This document shows, in pieces, positions 1-12,445 of a DNA stretch of 64,000 nt. Source of the stretch: Lama glama (Eukaryota); assembly GCA_028534125.1 (NCBI GenBank), contig CM052817.1:24120001-24184000 (forward strand), written 5' to 3'. A program made the translations under genes and the position numbers. Positions within the stretch are counted from its first letter, which is position 1, and every line of letters starts with the position of its first letter. The notes beneath the pieces are model-generated. The model had not been told where the DNA came from, searched no databases, and was given only the letters and a program-made list of their open reading frames with translations.

Positions 1-3000
1 AACTCACCTCCTTCCATGGACACACCAAATCTACAGCTACATATAAAACAACTTCCTCTGGAAAAAACCTGAAACTAGCTGAGCAACTCCTTCACATCAG
101 GTAAATGAGGAAAAGTCCATATCGAAGCGGGTGGAAGAGGCTAACAAACAAATCCCACCCCTGGTGCAATGACTCACAATCAGAAGGAAACTCACAAACC
201 TAACACCCTGAGGGGTATAAACCACACATCAGGTACCACAACTTCTAAGACCTGCACCTGAACAATAAGCCCCCAAAACATCTGGCTTTGAAAAATTAAC
301 AGGGCCCACATCTACAAGACCTAAAGTCCTAAGCAAACTGAGAAAGTCTCTCAAAGGGCTCACACATGGATACATTCTTTTCAGGGCATAGCACAGACGC
401 AGTCATTTGAAAAATGTTCAGGTTTTATGTGAAAGAGATTTGTTTGCTAATGATATTCATGCTTTTTCTACCTTGCTAAAGCTAGTAGATGCTATCTTTT
501 ATTATTTTTTTATTCTAGACTTTTTTTCCCCTCAGTCAGTGCCATCTTTAACCTCTAAATGGCAGGAACCACCTTTACTCTGTCCCTCTGCCATACTCCA
601 GAGAACCAGTTTCTCCTGAAGGGGAGCCTTTACGCACATCTGGGACCCCAGTATTTGCATCTAGTGACCCGGTGACCTGGTTTTTGCAGCTGCCACCCAG
701 GGACACTTCTTGATCACTTGACTCTGAAGTCCAGGAAAGGCTTGTATTCCTAGACGCCATGGGACTGTAACAATTGGAGGGATAATTCTTGGCAGACTAC
801 CATGCCCAGGGAACTGCAGAGGCCTATAAGCTTATCATTATAACTGCAGCCTGAGGCGCAAGTTTCTAATTAAACACATATCTAAGGACTGAGTGTAAAT
901 CTTTCCAGAGGTCTTGGAGGGCAGGTGCCATCTTTGTGCTCCCCGTCTGTTTCACTGCAGCTCACCACCATCTCCCAGAAAGGAGCTTAAACAATTGTCT
1001 GGAACCCTGGTTTTTGAGACTAACACTGAGGGGACACCTTTAGATGGCTGGCTCTAGTGGCCAGCAGGGCTTATACCTGCAGCCTCACAGGACTGTATAT
1101 ATCTGAAAATTTAAAAATCTGCTGCCTGAGTGTCTAACTTCTAATCACCCTAAATCTAAGTGCTGACTGAGATCCTCTTCTTTGGAACACTGACATGTCT
1201 TGGCACAACCTCAACTACTGGGAGCTGTTTAAAATAAAGCAGTAAGACGAGGCTGCAATCACAAAGCTTTGAGAGAAAATCAAGAGCTAGGGCGAGGTGG
1301 AATATTAAGGTTTATTTCCCATATGAGCCCACTCTTTCTAGACTGGTAGAGATGGCCATTTCATCTAGTGCATAGAAAATAACACAGAGAGTCAAGCAAA
1401 ATGAAGAAACAGATGAATATTTTCTAAACAAAAGAACAAGATAAAACCTCAGGGGGAAATAGATAAGTAATTTACCTAATAAAGAATTTAAAGTAATGAT
1501 CATAAAGATGCTCACTGAATGTGGGAGAAGAATGGATGAACACAGAGAGGCCTTCAACAAAATGATAGAAAAATATAAGAAAGCATCAAATAGAAGTCAC
1601 AGAGCTGAAGAATACAATAACTGAACTGAAAAATACACTAGATGTTCAAAAGCAGACTAGATGAAGCAAAGAAAGATCACTGAATTCAAAGAGAGCAGTG
1701 GAACTCATTCAATCAGAGCAGCAAAAAGAGAAATGAAAAAAGTGAAGATGGTTTAGGGACTTATGGGACAACATTAAGCATACTAATATTCACATTATAG
1801 GGGTCCTAGAAGGAGAAGAGAAATAGAAAAGTGCAGAAAACTTATTTGAGTAAAAAAATGACTGCAACTTCCCTATCTTGGGGAAAGAAACAAACATCTA
1901 GATACAGAAAGCCCACAGAATTCCAAATAACACAAATCCAAAGAGACCCACACCAAACAACATTATAATTAAAATGTTAAAAGACAAGGAGAGAATCTTA
2001 ATAGCAGCAAGAAAAAAACTACTTGTTATGTACAAGAGAACCACCATAAGACTATAAGCAGATTTTCAGCATAAACTTTGCAGGCCAGAAGGGAGTGGCA
2101 TGATGTATTCAAAACGCTAAAAGAGAAAAGTTTCCAGCCAAGAATACTCTACACAGCAAAATTATCATTGAGAAGTGAAGAAGAAATAGAGTTTCCCAGG
2201 CAAACAAAAGCTAAAGGAGTTCATTACCATTAAATCAGCAGTACAAAAATGTTAAAGGGACTCTTTAAAGCTAGCAAAAGAGGGCCAAAATTCAGTAAGA
2301 GAAAACATATTAAAGTATAAATCTCACCAAGATAAATAACTAGTAAAGGAAGTGTATCAATCACTTATAAAGCTAGTATGGAAGTTAAAAGACAAAAGAG
2401 GTAAAACTAACTGCAACTACAATAATTAGTTAAAGGATAAAATTTAAAGTGTAAAGGGCAATATCAAAAACAAAATGGAGATGCAGGGCAAAAATGTAGT
2501 TTTAGAGTGTGTCCAAACTTAAGCTGCTGTCAAGTTAAAATAAATGGTTATAAATATAAATTATTGTATGTAAGCCTCACAGTAACCACAAAGCAAAAAC
2601 CTGTAGTATATACACAAAAAACGAGAAAGGCCAACAAGTTCATGGAAAAATGCTCAACTTCACTAATCATCAGGGAAATACAAATCAAAACCACAATGAG
2701 CTATTACCTCACACCTGTTTGAATGGCTATTTAATGTAAAAGACAAGAAAACACAAGTATTGGCGAGGTTGTGGAGAAAAGGGAATACTTGTGCACTGTT
2801 GGTGGAAATGTAAATTGGTGCATCCACCATGGAAAACAGTATTCAGGTTTCTCAAAAATTAAAAATAGAACGACCATATGATCCAGCAATTCCACTTTTA
2901 AGTAGTTATTCAAAGAAAGTAAAAACAATAACTCAAAAAGATATATACACCCTCATGTTCATTGCACCATTATTTACAACAGCCAAGATATGGAAATAAC

Positions 3001-3605
3001 TTCAGTGTCCATTGATGGATAAATAGATAAAGAAAATATGATACACACACACACATACAATGGAATATTACTCAGTCATATAAATAAAAAGAATAAAATC
3101 CTGCCATTTGCAACAACATGAAAGGACCTTGAGCATATAAACATAAGTGAAATAAGTCAGGGATAAAGACAAATACCATATGATCTCACTTATGTGGACT
3201 ATAAAACAATTTTTAATTTAAAAAAGCTCATATATACAGAGAACAGGTTGCTGGAGGCGGGAGCTGGAGTTTGGGTAAAATGTGTGAAGGAGGTCAAAAG
3301 TTACACATTTTCTGTTATAAAATTAATAAATCACAAGATGTAATATACAGCATGGTGAACATAGTTAATAATACTGTGCATATCTGAAAGTTGCTAAGAG
3401 ATTATATTGTAGAAGTTCTCATCAAAAGAAAAAAAAACATTTTATATCGATGTATGGTGACAGATTTTTAAATAGACTTATTTTGGGAACCTTTTGCAAT
3501 GTATACAAATCTTGAATCACTATGTTGTACACCTGAAACTAATATAATGTTATGTTAATTTTACCTCAGTTAAAAATAAAATTTAAAGATTTTTAAAGAA
3601 GAAAA
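1..3605 (+). mobile_element. LINE-1 (L1MA-type 3' end) with near-complete 5'UTR and ORF1 but an internal deletion of nearly all ORF2
   Basis: 5'UTR ~1-1400, whose start is homologous to the start of the L1 at 41916. Decayed ORF1 1401-2268, then inter-ORF spacer, then an abrupt switch at ~2630 to the ORF2 C-terminus ([24 protein letters not shown]; tgcactgttggtggaaatgtaaattggtg). L1 3'UTR and A-rich tail ~3570-3608. Confidence 0.92.
1401..2268 (+). pseudogene. Decayed L1 ORF1p (RNA-binding/chaperone) coding remnant
   Basis: L1 ORF1 motifs are visible (coiled-coil ELKNTITELKN, LWDNIK, IIGVLEGEE, PTPxHIIIK, IRLxADFS, QARREW, PRILY) with stops and frameshifts. Confidence 0.88.
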
Positions 3606-4520
3606 AAATTCAGGTAAACTTAAGCCAATATGATACCTTCTCTATGCTATGAGTTTTCTATGCCCTGAGAAAGCAAGACAAAATAAATACCAGTTTAATT
3701 TTATGTACTGTTATTTAAACATAAACATCCATGATATCATCTAACTTAAAATTTGTTGATATTTAATAAAATAGTTCTGAATCTTACTTGTTTCATAAGG
3801 AAAATGTAATGTGATTTTCTAATTTTATTTAGATTTGAACAAAGTGTTACCTTGAATAAAAAAAAGCAAGACAAACAAACAAACAAACCTAAGGCATCTT
3901 TCCAGCCCTCTAATGGGCACCCTGCTGGGATGCCACCCTTTTCTTTGAAGCCTCTGTCCATGGTCCTACCATACATTCACCAGCTGCACCGGATTCCCTA
4001 TGGAGCTCCAGCCTCAGAGTGCTGAGTTACATGTTGGGACCACCTGCAGGGAAGGCCAGAGTCTGTTTTTCCCACATGCCACCTCTCCGCATTAGCAGCT
4101 CTGTTCCTCTCAGACCTGTGCATTCTCCAGTGCTGGGATTAGTTTCACATGAGGACAGTCCTGCCACTAGGACCCAGGAGCAGCTGTAGATGCATGTATC
4201 CCAGGGAAAGGAGCAGGAAGTCTGCCACAGGCTTTGAATTGGCTAGAGAACCTTCTGAAGCAGGTACTGGAGTGAATCTCCCTGCTGCATCAGGGCATAG
4301 GGAGACTGATGTGAGCACACAGGCCAAGATGCCCTCTCCAGGGAGCTCTGCCAGGGCCTGCCTCTGCCCCAGGGACAGCTGTGCTGGCTTTGGCTCCTGG
4401 GGCCTCTGCGGCAGTTGTGCAGGTGAAGAGGGGTCTCAAACAGGAGTCAAGAGCTTCCTGAACAACTGTTCATTCCAACACCCCTCATTAAACATTTGGG
4501 AGAAAGCTTCCTCACAAAAG

Positions 4521-4830
4521 GATTTTTAGGGCAGTGAAACTACTCTGTATAATACTATAATGATGGATATATGTCATTTACATTTGTCTAAACCCATAGA
4601 ATATACAACACCAAGAGCAAACCTAATGCAAACTATGGACTTTGAGAGTTTATGATGTGTCAATGTAGATTCATCAATTGTCACAAATGTACCATTCTGG
4701 TGGGGAATACTGATAATGGGGGAGACTATGCATGCAAGGGGGAAGGAAGTAAATGGACAATCTCTGTATCTTCTCAATTTTTCTGTGAGCTTAAAACTGC
4801 TCTAAAAATAAAGTTTATTTAAAAATTATA
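4521..4830 (+). mobile_element. L1 3' end fragment (L1MC-like)
   Basis: gatttttagggcagtgaaactactctgtataatact...aaactatggactttg...caaatgtaccattctggtggggaat...aaaactgctctaaaaataaagttt matches old L1MC 3'UTR and ends in an A-rich tail. Confidence 0.8.
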
Positions 4831-5796
4831 AATAAAAGGAAAACACGGAAAAAAAGGTCTTTCCTTCACAGGTTCCTGGGACACTTGAACAAAACTCCTT
4901 GTAGTGGGTCTCTGCAGAGTCCCTCAGTTTTAAGCCAAAGTGCCCTGTTTAGGGAAAATATTTTGCAATCAGATCTCAAACACACGAGGCCTTCTTTATA
5001 GCCCTCTGTTTCATCTTCCCCCTGCCCTCAGATTTCAGCCTCTGTATTTTTCACAGAAATCTTTACTTCCTATTCCTTCCTGGAAAATCTCAAACTCTCT
5101 TTTTATTTTACCCTATATACTAACAGCTCATTAAACACAGTCCAATTCATTCAGTTCATAAGAACAATTGATTTCCTCCCAGAAGTAGAGGGAAATATTT
5201 ATATTCTATTTTTCTAGTGCATCAAAGAAAAGAGAAGTTTAAAAAAATCACACAATTCTCCATAAAAATGGAATGGAATGCTTCCTTTCCCTCACCAACT
5301 ATTCAGGTCCCTAACCAAGTTGTGCCTGCTTGGCTGTACACACAGATCAAATCTTAAATCAATATGCTAATTTCTAATACTTCTGCCACTGCCCAAATCT
5401 AACTCACTACCATCTTTTACTTCTATCCCTGCATACTCAAATGCACAACCTTTTCTTCTTCCTTCATTGAATCACTGGTCCTTAAAGAGACAGATGAGTT
5501 TTATATACTCAAAGAACAAGCAATCTTTGATTCATTATATGCTAGCTGTTGAGAAGGAATTATCTACCATGACTTTACCAGGCTGCCTTTTGTGGTAAGA
5601 GTCACTCAAGAGCAGTTAATTTGGTGTCATGGTGATAAAGAGGGAGAAGAGGGAAAATATCTTAGCATTTCTCAGCAGCAAATGTCTTCCTAAGTAACAT
5701 AAAATATCAAAAGTGCAACAGTGACTCTGACTACTGTTGGAGCTCCTGAGGCATTTAAAATATAAGTGCAAGGAGAGAGTGGAAGTCTTTCTGGAC

Positions 5797-6007
5797 CTGT
5801 AGTTTTCATTTGTTGGAGATTTTGCAGCTGCAGGGGACATTTGGACAGAATGTCTGAAGACATTCTTGATTATCCAGGGGAAGCTACTGGCATGTAGTAG
5901 GTAGAAGACAAGGTTGCTAATAAGCATACTGCAACATACAAGGCAGCCCTTTGCAGCAAAGAATTATCCAGCCCACAATGTCCAGAGTCACACTTGAGAA
6001 GCTCTGC
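5797..6007 (+). mobile_element. MER20 (hAT-Charlie non-autonomous DNA transposon)
   Basis: gattttgc...caggggacatttgg...aatgtctgaagacatt...gctactggcat...aaagaattatccagcccacaatgtc...ttgagaagctctg follows the MER20 consensus end to end. Confidence 0.85.
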
Positions 6008-6468
6008 TTTAAACCATCATCTCATTCTACATATGATGAATCTAAACCTCAGGGTCTCAAAAGTTCAGAGAGAAGGAGGATTTTCCCTTCCTTCACAAAG
6101 TTATGCTCCTACCAAGACTTACAATCAAAATGTTGAATCTAAACTGCAGGAAAGACATAGTTCTTACAGGAATCCAGGGAACTTTGAACATGATCACTAA
6201 TTTCCTTTTATGACAATGCTAAGTCTCACTGCTTTCCTTCCGTAGGAAAAAAAAATTACCTAGAAATCAAAACCAAAGTGGCCTGATTTTAGGAGAAAGG
6301 GATCGCCAAGGGTTTTCTTAAATTAGTTTTCTCACAAGAAACCAAAGAACTCTGAGAATTTGGAGCGTTCTTCTTCTGGAATATAAATAAAACTCATATA
6401 AGCCTCAGAGAATTTGAATCACCCACTCTTTGGCACCTAAAATTTCACTTGGACTAACAGCATCTGTA

Positions 6469-6514
6469 GTGTGTGTGTGTGTGTGTGTGTCTGTGTGTGT
6501 GTGTGTCTGTGTGT
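6469..6514. repeat. (TG)n microsatellite with TC interruptions
   Basis: Directly visible GT run of ~46 bp. Confidence 0.97.
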
Positions 6515-6524
6515 TTTAACACCA

Positions 6525-7050
6525 CTAATAAGATCATATTACTCCCTTGCTTAAAACTCACCAATGGCTTCTCATTGCAATTCCAATACATCTCTCTTTC
6601 ATCGTGCCTTTAAGACTCTACCAGATCAGCTCTTCTTACCATTCTAACCTTATCTTTTCCCTCTTTCCCCTTTGTCTTTACCTCAGGACTTTGAACTTAT
6701 TCTTCCTGTAAAGGAAGTGCTACTTCCCCAGAGAATTTTATTCTTAGCTCCTTCTCATCATTCATTCAGGCCCTGGCAAAAATATCATCTCTTCAGAAAA
6801 AGATCACCCTATTTAAGGAAAGTCACCTCCGTGATTACCTATCATAGCCACTGTTTATTTCTTTCCTAACGTTCAGAAAACCTAGAATTATTTATGCATT
6901 GTTTAATTGTTAAGTTTTTCCTCCTACTAAAATGTAATTTCTAAGAGGGCAGGATTACGTGTCTTGTTCTTGCTATATCTACTGCATCTAGAACAGCCGG
7001 TGGCACTCAGTAGAATGCAATAGGTTTGTTAAGTGTATGAATGAATGAAG
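6525..7050 (+). mobile_element. L2 LINE 3' fragment
   Basis: actcccttgcttaaaactc...aatggctt, then ctaaaatgtaa...gagggcagga...tctagaacag...ggcac and a (tgaa)n tail. Confidence 0.75.
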
Positions 7051-7253
7051 TCAATGACAATAGCGAGAAAAGGGGAAGAGATCTTAGTGTGAAGATTCCA
7101 GGGCAATAGAAAAGGTTGGGGGGCAGAATAAGTCCTTGTAGGAACAAAGATGATCAAATAAAGGGGTAAAAATGTTAGGAGTGACATCTCTAAGGAGTCA
7201 GCCCTGAAACAACATACCAAACCACACACTACTTAATTCTGAGTGAGTGAAAA

Positions 7254-7535
7254 GAGGACTAGGAGAGATGTTGTTTAAGGGTACAAACTTAGAAATAGTA
7301 GATATATAAGTCCTAGAGATCTAACACACAGTATTGGGAACACAGACAACAATGTAGTATTATAATCATCAAACTGGCTGAGACTAGATTGTAATTCCCA
7401 CCACACACACAAAAATGATAATTATGTGACATGACAGAAGTGATAACTGTAGCTATAATGACAATCGTATTACAATGTATAATGAATCAAATCCACATGT
7501 TGTACACCTTAAATTTACACAATGTAAAAAAAAAA
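7254..7535 (+). mobile_element. 5'-truncated L1 3' end (L1MA-like)
   Basis: aagggtacaaactt...aagtcctagagatcta...ttgtacaccttaaatttacacaatgt followed by poly-A. Confidence 0.8.
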
Positions 7536-7589
7536 CAGTGAAAACAATCTCTTCACTCTTTTAAGATTTCATGCAATATTGTAACTTTG

Positions 7590-7770
7590 AGTTTCTCACT
7601 GCCTATAACTCAATGACTTGGGTTTCTCCTCTGTAAAATGAGACAACAGAAATATCTCATAGATAACATAATCTCATAGGACTATTGTTAGGATTACATT
7701 GGATGTTAAAGGGCCTTATCACAAAGTCCGGCACGGCACCTAGATTTAATAACCATCATTACTATTAGTC
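7590..7770 (+). mobile_element. MIR SINE
   Basis: MIR core tttctcctctgtaaaatgag...ctcatagg...ttgttaggatta. Confidence 0.7.
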
Positions 7771-8584
7771 AGTGATATGGTTATTAATGGTTTATTGCTG
7801 TCTGCTTTCATTTAATTACCATCAGTAACAAAACCAAACAAGAAAATAAAGCCCCCCTTTTTTTTTTTTAAAGAAACCCAGAAGGAACAGTGTGGCTGTT
7901 TCAAAAACATCAGCCTAGGGAGAAATTAACTGGCACATTGCTCCAGGCAGAGGCAGAGCCAAGTGGAATATAATGAAGACGGAAGAGTTGTTGATGTCAG
8001 CAGTGAGGCAGAAGGCAGACAAATCTCTTGAGCCTGAGGGACGGAAGAGGGAAATGTAACCCAATGGACCTCTGAAGGTTTATTGTCCACAGAGGGGTAA
8101 AGAGCTGGTCTAGTGTTAATGTTGGTTGTGAGTGGAAAAGGAGAGAGATACTGAATTTGAGAAATTTTCTAGGGAAAGCAATAACCAGAATTAGAAGCCA
8201 GCTCCATATTCGAAACAGAAAAATAAACTAGAAGAATGAACCTAAAAATATTTCAAAGGTTTGAAATATAAAATCATTCTGGTCTTTTTAGTTCTTTCTT
8301 GAACTTTCAAATTTATCAATATATGTACCTCTCCATAGCACATACTTTTTTCTCCTCCTCCTTGTATGTTTTATTTTCTTCATTCAATTCCTTTTCCTTT
8401 CCCTCTTTTTCATTCTTCATCTTTTTTGACATTTTGAGGATGTTCTCAGATGGTTTCCATGGGGAATAGCTAAAGTGAGAGCCACATTCCCTTTCTAGAG
8501 GCACTTCTAACATGAGCTTCACAGCTTCTTGTGATTAAAATAATTAATCTTTATTTGCTTCAAAAAAGTCATGAGGCTGTAAGT

Positions 8585-8712
8585 GTCTCCTACAAGATTG
8601 TAAACAACTTGAAGTAAAAGTATGCGGTAACTGCTTTCCATCCCTGGTGCTGAGTATTGTGCTGCCTGACACTTTGACAGCATTTAATAAATATGTTGAT
8701 ATTAAATGAATA
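8585..8712 (+). mobile_element. L2 3' tail fragment
   Basis: agattgtaaacaacttgaag...gcctgacac...ttaataaatatgttga...aatgaat. Confidence 0.55.
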
Positions 8713-9129
8713 AGTAGTATTTATTTATTTTCAAAAGACCATCTACTAAAAGACCCAACACAAAATGCATGAAAGAGAAACCATTGGTATAGTGAAATGG
8801 AAGTAACTTTATTCAGTGGAATTCGTCATAGGGAACATCTTTAAAGGCACTTGAGGCAGAAGGTGAGAGCCAGAAGGAACCTGAGTATGGTCTGAACCAA
8901 TCCTGGGAGAGAAAGGAAGTGGAGGCAGAGGTGAGAATTGGTAGGGGGTGGAGACAATTTTGTGATCTGCCCGTGCAGTATGTCCTCTTCCTATGATCTT
9001 CCAAATCTCCAGCAAAATTTCTGAGTTGATGAAATGTCCAGGTAGGTCTTTCATGGAAGCCAGTGAGAAATCAAATAGGTGGCATGTCTAACTGATGTTT
9101 GCATTACTCATTTGAGTACGTCAAACAAA

Positions 9130-9580
9130 CAATGAAGTAGCAACCAAAAATTAAAACCATAAAGAGATAACACTTTTCTAATCAATTAACACTTAACAAC
9201 TATTATTGTTTATTGATCTTTAGGTTATCAAAAGATGAACAGTCTCATACACTGGTATTGGTAATAAATATTGCTACCTCTTTTGAAAGTAAGTAGATAA
9301 AATACATCTTGCTTTGAATATATAAAGTTCTTTGACCAGAAAATTCTACTTCAAGAAATCTACTCTAAATAAGCAATTGGAAATTAATAGAAGATAGTCT
9401 TTCTACCTGTAATGTTAAAAATTGAAGCTACCCAAATCTTTAACTTTAGAAATAGAAATACATCATGTATATTCACTGAATATTATACACCATTATAAAT
9501 TCTTTGTATAAAAATTTTAATGACAAAGAAACATAAATATTATTTAAAGGCAATAAAAAAGAAAAAGAAAAAATTAAATA
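9130..9580 (+). mobile_element. Old L1 (L1ME-like) ORF2 end/3'UTR fragment
   Basis: aaaattaaaaccat...tctcatacactggt...tttgaccagaaattctacttcaagaaatctactctaaa resembles the L1 ORF2 3' end. Confidence 0.55.
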
Positions 9581-9624
9581 TTGATTTTAAGCCTATTTCT
9601 ATGTCTATAAAATGTATACTTATT

Positions 9625-9728
9625 TCTGTACTTCCCAAATTGCATACAATGAGCAGTAAGAGAAAGAAAACAAGGATCTGTACTTCCCAAATTGCATACA
9701 ATGAGCAGTAAGAGAAAGAAAACAAGGA
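9625..9728. repeat. Perfect 52-bp tandem duplication
   Basis: TCTGTACTTCCCAAATTGCATACAATGAGCAGTAAGAGAAAGAAAACAAGGA occurs at 9625-9676 and 9677-9728, identical. Confidence 0.97.
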
Positions 9729-9784
9729 TATAAAACTTTATGTAGATTCCTCCCTGGTCTCTAATAGCTTATCTAATGATAAAA

Positions 9785-10885
9785 ACCGAGTGATGGCCCT
9801 AGGGGCATAGAGCACAACCAATACCCACATCTTGGTTTCTAATACCCTTCTGCAACAGAAGGAACCGTGGCTCCTTGGAGAAATGGCTGACCTAGGACAG
9901 AAGCAAGGAATTCACAGGATGAGCCTGGAGCATCTTGCGCCAACAAGTAAGGCAGTGCTAAAATAAATGTATGGGGATATGTGAAAGGGGCACAGGAGTC
10001 AGTGAGAGGTGACTCAACAGCCAAAGCTAGAACAATTTGAGAAAAAAAATAGAGTAGTATTGGATTATAACCCAAAGAATACAATAAATATCCATGAGTC
10101 TATACTGATACAAATAAATGATCAAATAAATAAATAAGTGGGGGAGAACAGAGAAGTATCCCTTGCAGAAGAATTCCAAACAATTGATATAGATACTCAG
10201 CCCTCACGAGAGACAGCATATGTCTCCAGACGTTAAGCATGGGCTGTGCATAGTGACTTCCTTCCAGAGACTACAATACGGAAACAGGGAAATCGAGTAA
10301 CTTCCTAGTGAAGAAACTTGATAAATGCTACATCTACTAGGTGATTATGGTTAATAGTAATAATGAAAAATCCTGGTGATACCATGTATCCTTGTTATGA
10401 TATGATAAAAATGTCACTTTCCCCTCCAAAAACTAGAACCCTAGTCTAATGAGAAGAAAAACATCAGACAAATTAGAATAGAGAAGCAGCCTACAAGATA
10501 CCTGACCAATACTACAAAAACCTGCCAAGGCCATCAAAAACAAAGAGAGTGTGAGAAACTTCACAGCCAATTGGAGCAGAAGGAGATGTAATAAGTAAAT
10601 GTAAGATGATATCTTGGATGGGATCCAGAAACAAAGAAAGGACACTGGGTAAAATCTAAGGAAATCTGAATAAACCATGGACTTCAGGTAATAACGATGT
10701 ATCACTAATAATATATCAACACTGATTCACTGTTTGTAAAAAAAAAAAAAGTACTATACCAGTGCAAGATGTTAATAATGGGGGAAATTAGGTGAGGAGG
10801 GGGTCTATGGAAAACCTCAGTACTATCTTCTCCATTTTTCTATAAACTTAAAACTGTTCTAAAACACAAATTCTATTTAAAAAAA
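9785..10885 (+). mobile_element. L1MC/L1MD-type long 3'UTR fragment
   Basis: ggctccttggagaaatggctga, gagtagtattggattataacccaaag, gcagaagaattccaa, ggatgggatcc.gaaacaaagaaaggaca and aaactgttctaaaa plus an A tail are typical of L1MC/MD 3' ends. Confidence 0.8.
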
Positions 10886-10929
10886 GATGTGTAATTTTAT
10901 GCACAAATTATTTACCCAACTATCAAGTA

Positions 10930-11420
10930 TGATATATCTCAAAAGAAGCACCTTCCATTTATATTTTCCTAGGAAAATTCTAGAACAAATGTTCTACCAA
11001 ACAGATGCAAATAAGAAAGAGGAAAAAATGGAATTTAAGACATAGGTGACAACAAAGCAATTCCAAAGGTGATGGCATAAGAAAATCCTAAGACAAGTCT
11101 GAGTAGCCAGTGTAAACAGCAACCAGTACAGACTTCAGCGGGAAGACAGAAGCAGAGGTAGTAATAGGCATGGCTCCAAGCGAAGAAATTGATTTGTGAC
11201 TTTATGTGTATGCGTGTATACAGAGAAAAATTTACATTCACACAAATGATAGTTATATAGGAAATTAAGAAACAAAAACAATTTCAAATATAGGTAATTA
11301 TTATCTATTAGGAAAAAAATTGTACAGAAAAGGAAATATGGATAATATTACAATAGTCACGATAATGTAAGAAAGTTTGACTTCAGTGAAAACTTACAGA
11401 AATGTCATCTAAAAGTAAGA
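10930..11420 (+). mobile_element. HAL1 (ancient half-L1) fragment, apparently continuing at ~11844-11950 and ~13230-13360
   Basis: aggaaaattctagaacaaatgttctaccaaa...aagaaagaggaa...cagcaaccagtacaga resembles HAL1. Later pieces gtaagggagctaaatc and ggggcaagtgactgttgtttttccttataa resemble downstream HAL1 sequence. Confidence 0.55.
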
Positions 11421-11843
11421 CAGATATTCCCAGCTTTTTCAAAGTTGGCTTTATGCCACTTGCGTTTACAAAAGACCTATATTAGTACCTGTTTTTGCTA
11501 ACAAAAAGAAATCCGAAGAGGATTTTCACTTTAACGAAAAAAGACCAGAAGTGAAATAACGTTTAATGTTTGTTCTGCAGGAAGACCTGATAGAGGGAGC
11601 ACCCGCCCGGAGCAGAGAAGAGTGGCATTGCCAAATGCCTTCCTCAGGAACTACTTTCAACATCCGAGCATCAAGCTGCCAAAGCTTTGAACTGTGTCTG
11701 TAAGCATCTGTGCTTTATCTGGATTTATTTCGCGCATCCGTTAGCAAGCTGTCTCCTAAGGTGATTGCTTCTTCATTTTATGCCGTTTTGTTTTATGACA
11801 AATTTCATAGAATGCTCTACTTTTGGACAGCAGGGGAAACCTG
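11421..11843. mobile_element. TcMar-Tigger family non-autonomous DNA transposon
   Basis: Degenerate ~25-bp terminal inverted repeats: cagatattcccagctttttcaaagt versus right-end reverse complement caggtttcccctgctgtccaaaagt (17/25). It interrupts the HAL1-like sequence. Confidence 0.7.
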
Positions 11844-12084
11844 CCACTAGATTTCAAATGTGGAGGAGGCATTTGGAGGAGATGTGTAGGGGACTGTAAG
11901 GGAGCTAAATCTTTTTCATTTCAGAAAATCAGATGCTGTACTTATTCTGTCTTTAATTTGTTCTTTTCCTAACTTCATAAAGTGAATGTTTAAACCATCG
12001 ATTTTTAAAACTTTCTCTTTTTTTTAACATGGTCATTTCCTTCTATAAATTTTCTTCTTAGTCCTGTTTTGGTGCATCTCATAA

Positions 12085-12445
12085 TGTTTTTTAAATTATA
12101 TTTTTAAATTAGCATTTAGTAAAAGGATGTTTTGTAGACATCTAAGTCTACGAATTTTGACACATGAATAGATTCTTATATCAACCACCAGAATAAAGAT
12201 ATGAACAGTTCCATCTCACTAAGATTACTTCAACATGGTATCTCCCATCATCCCTTTCCCTTGACTCCCAACCTCTGGTAACTACTTAAGTGTTTTCCAC
12301 AGTGGTAATTTTAATTTTTTGAAAATGTTAAATAATGGAATCATGCAATTTGTAACCTTGTAAGGCTGGCTTCTTTCACTCAGTACAATGCCTTTAAGAT
12401 CCGTCTAGGTTGTTGCATGTATCATTCCTTTTTGTTGTGGAGTGA
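12085..12445 (-). mobile_element. Old L1 3' end fragment (antisense)
   Basis: T-rich start, then aacctctggtaactact...aatggaatcatgcaatttgtaacct...ggctggcttctttcactcagtacaatgcc. Confidence 0.75.

Noticed and set aside
4149..4529. Longest ORF in the track (126 aa) in a GC-richer patch
   Set aside because: No recognisable domain, no convincing splice or promoter context, CpG-poor, and its stop falls in an L1 fragment. The length is compatible with chance.
9625..9728. CRISPR-like direct repeats
   Set aside because: Two abutting copies with no spacer, eukaryotic context, no cas genes.
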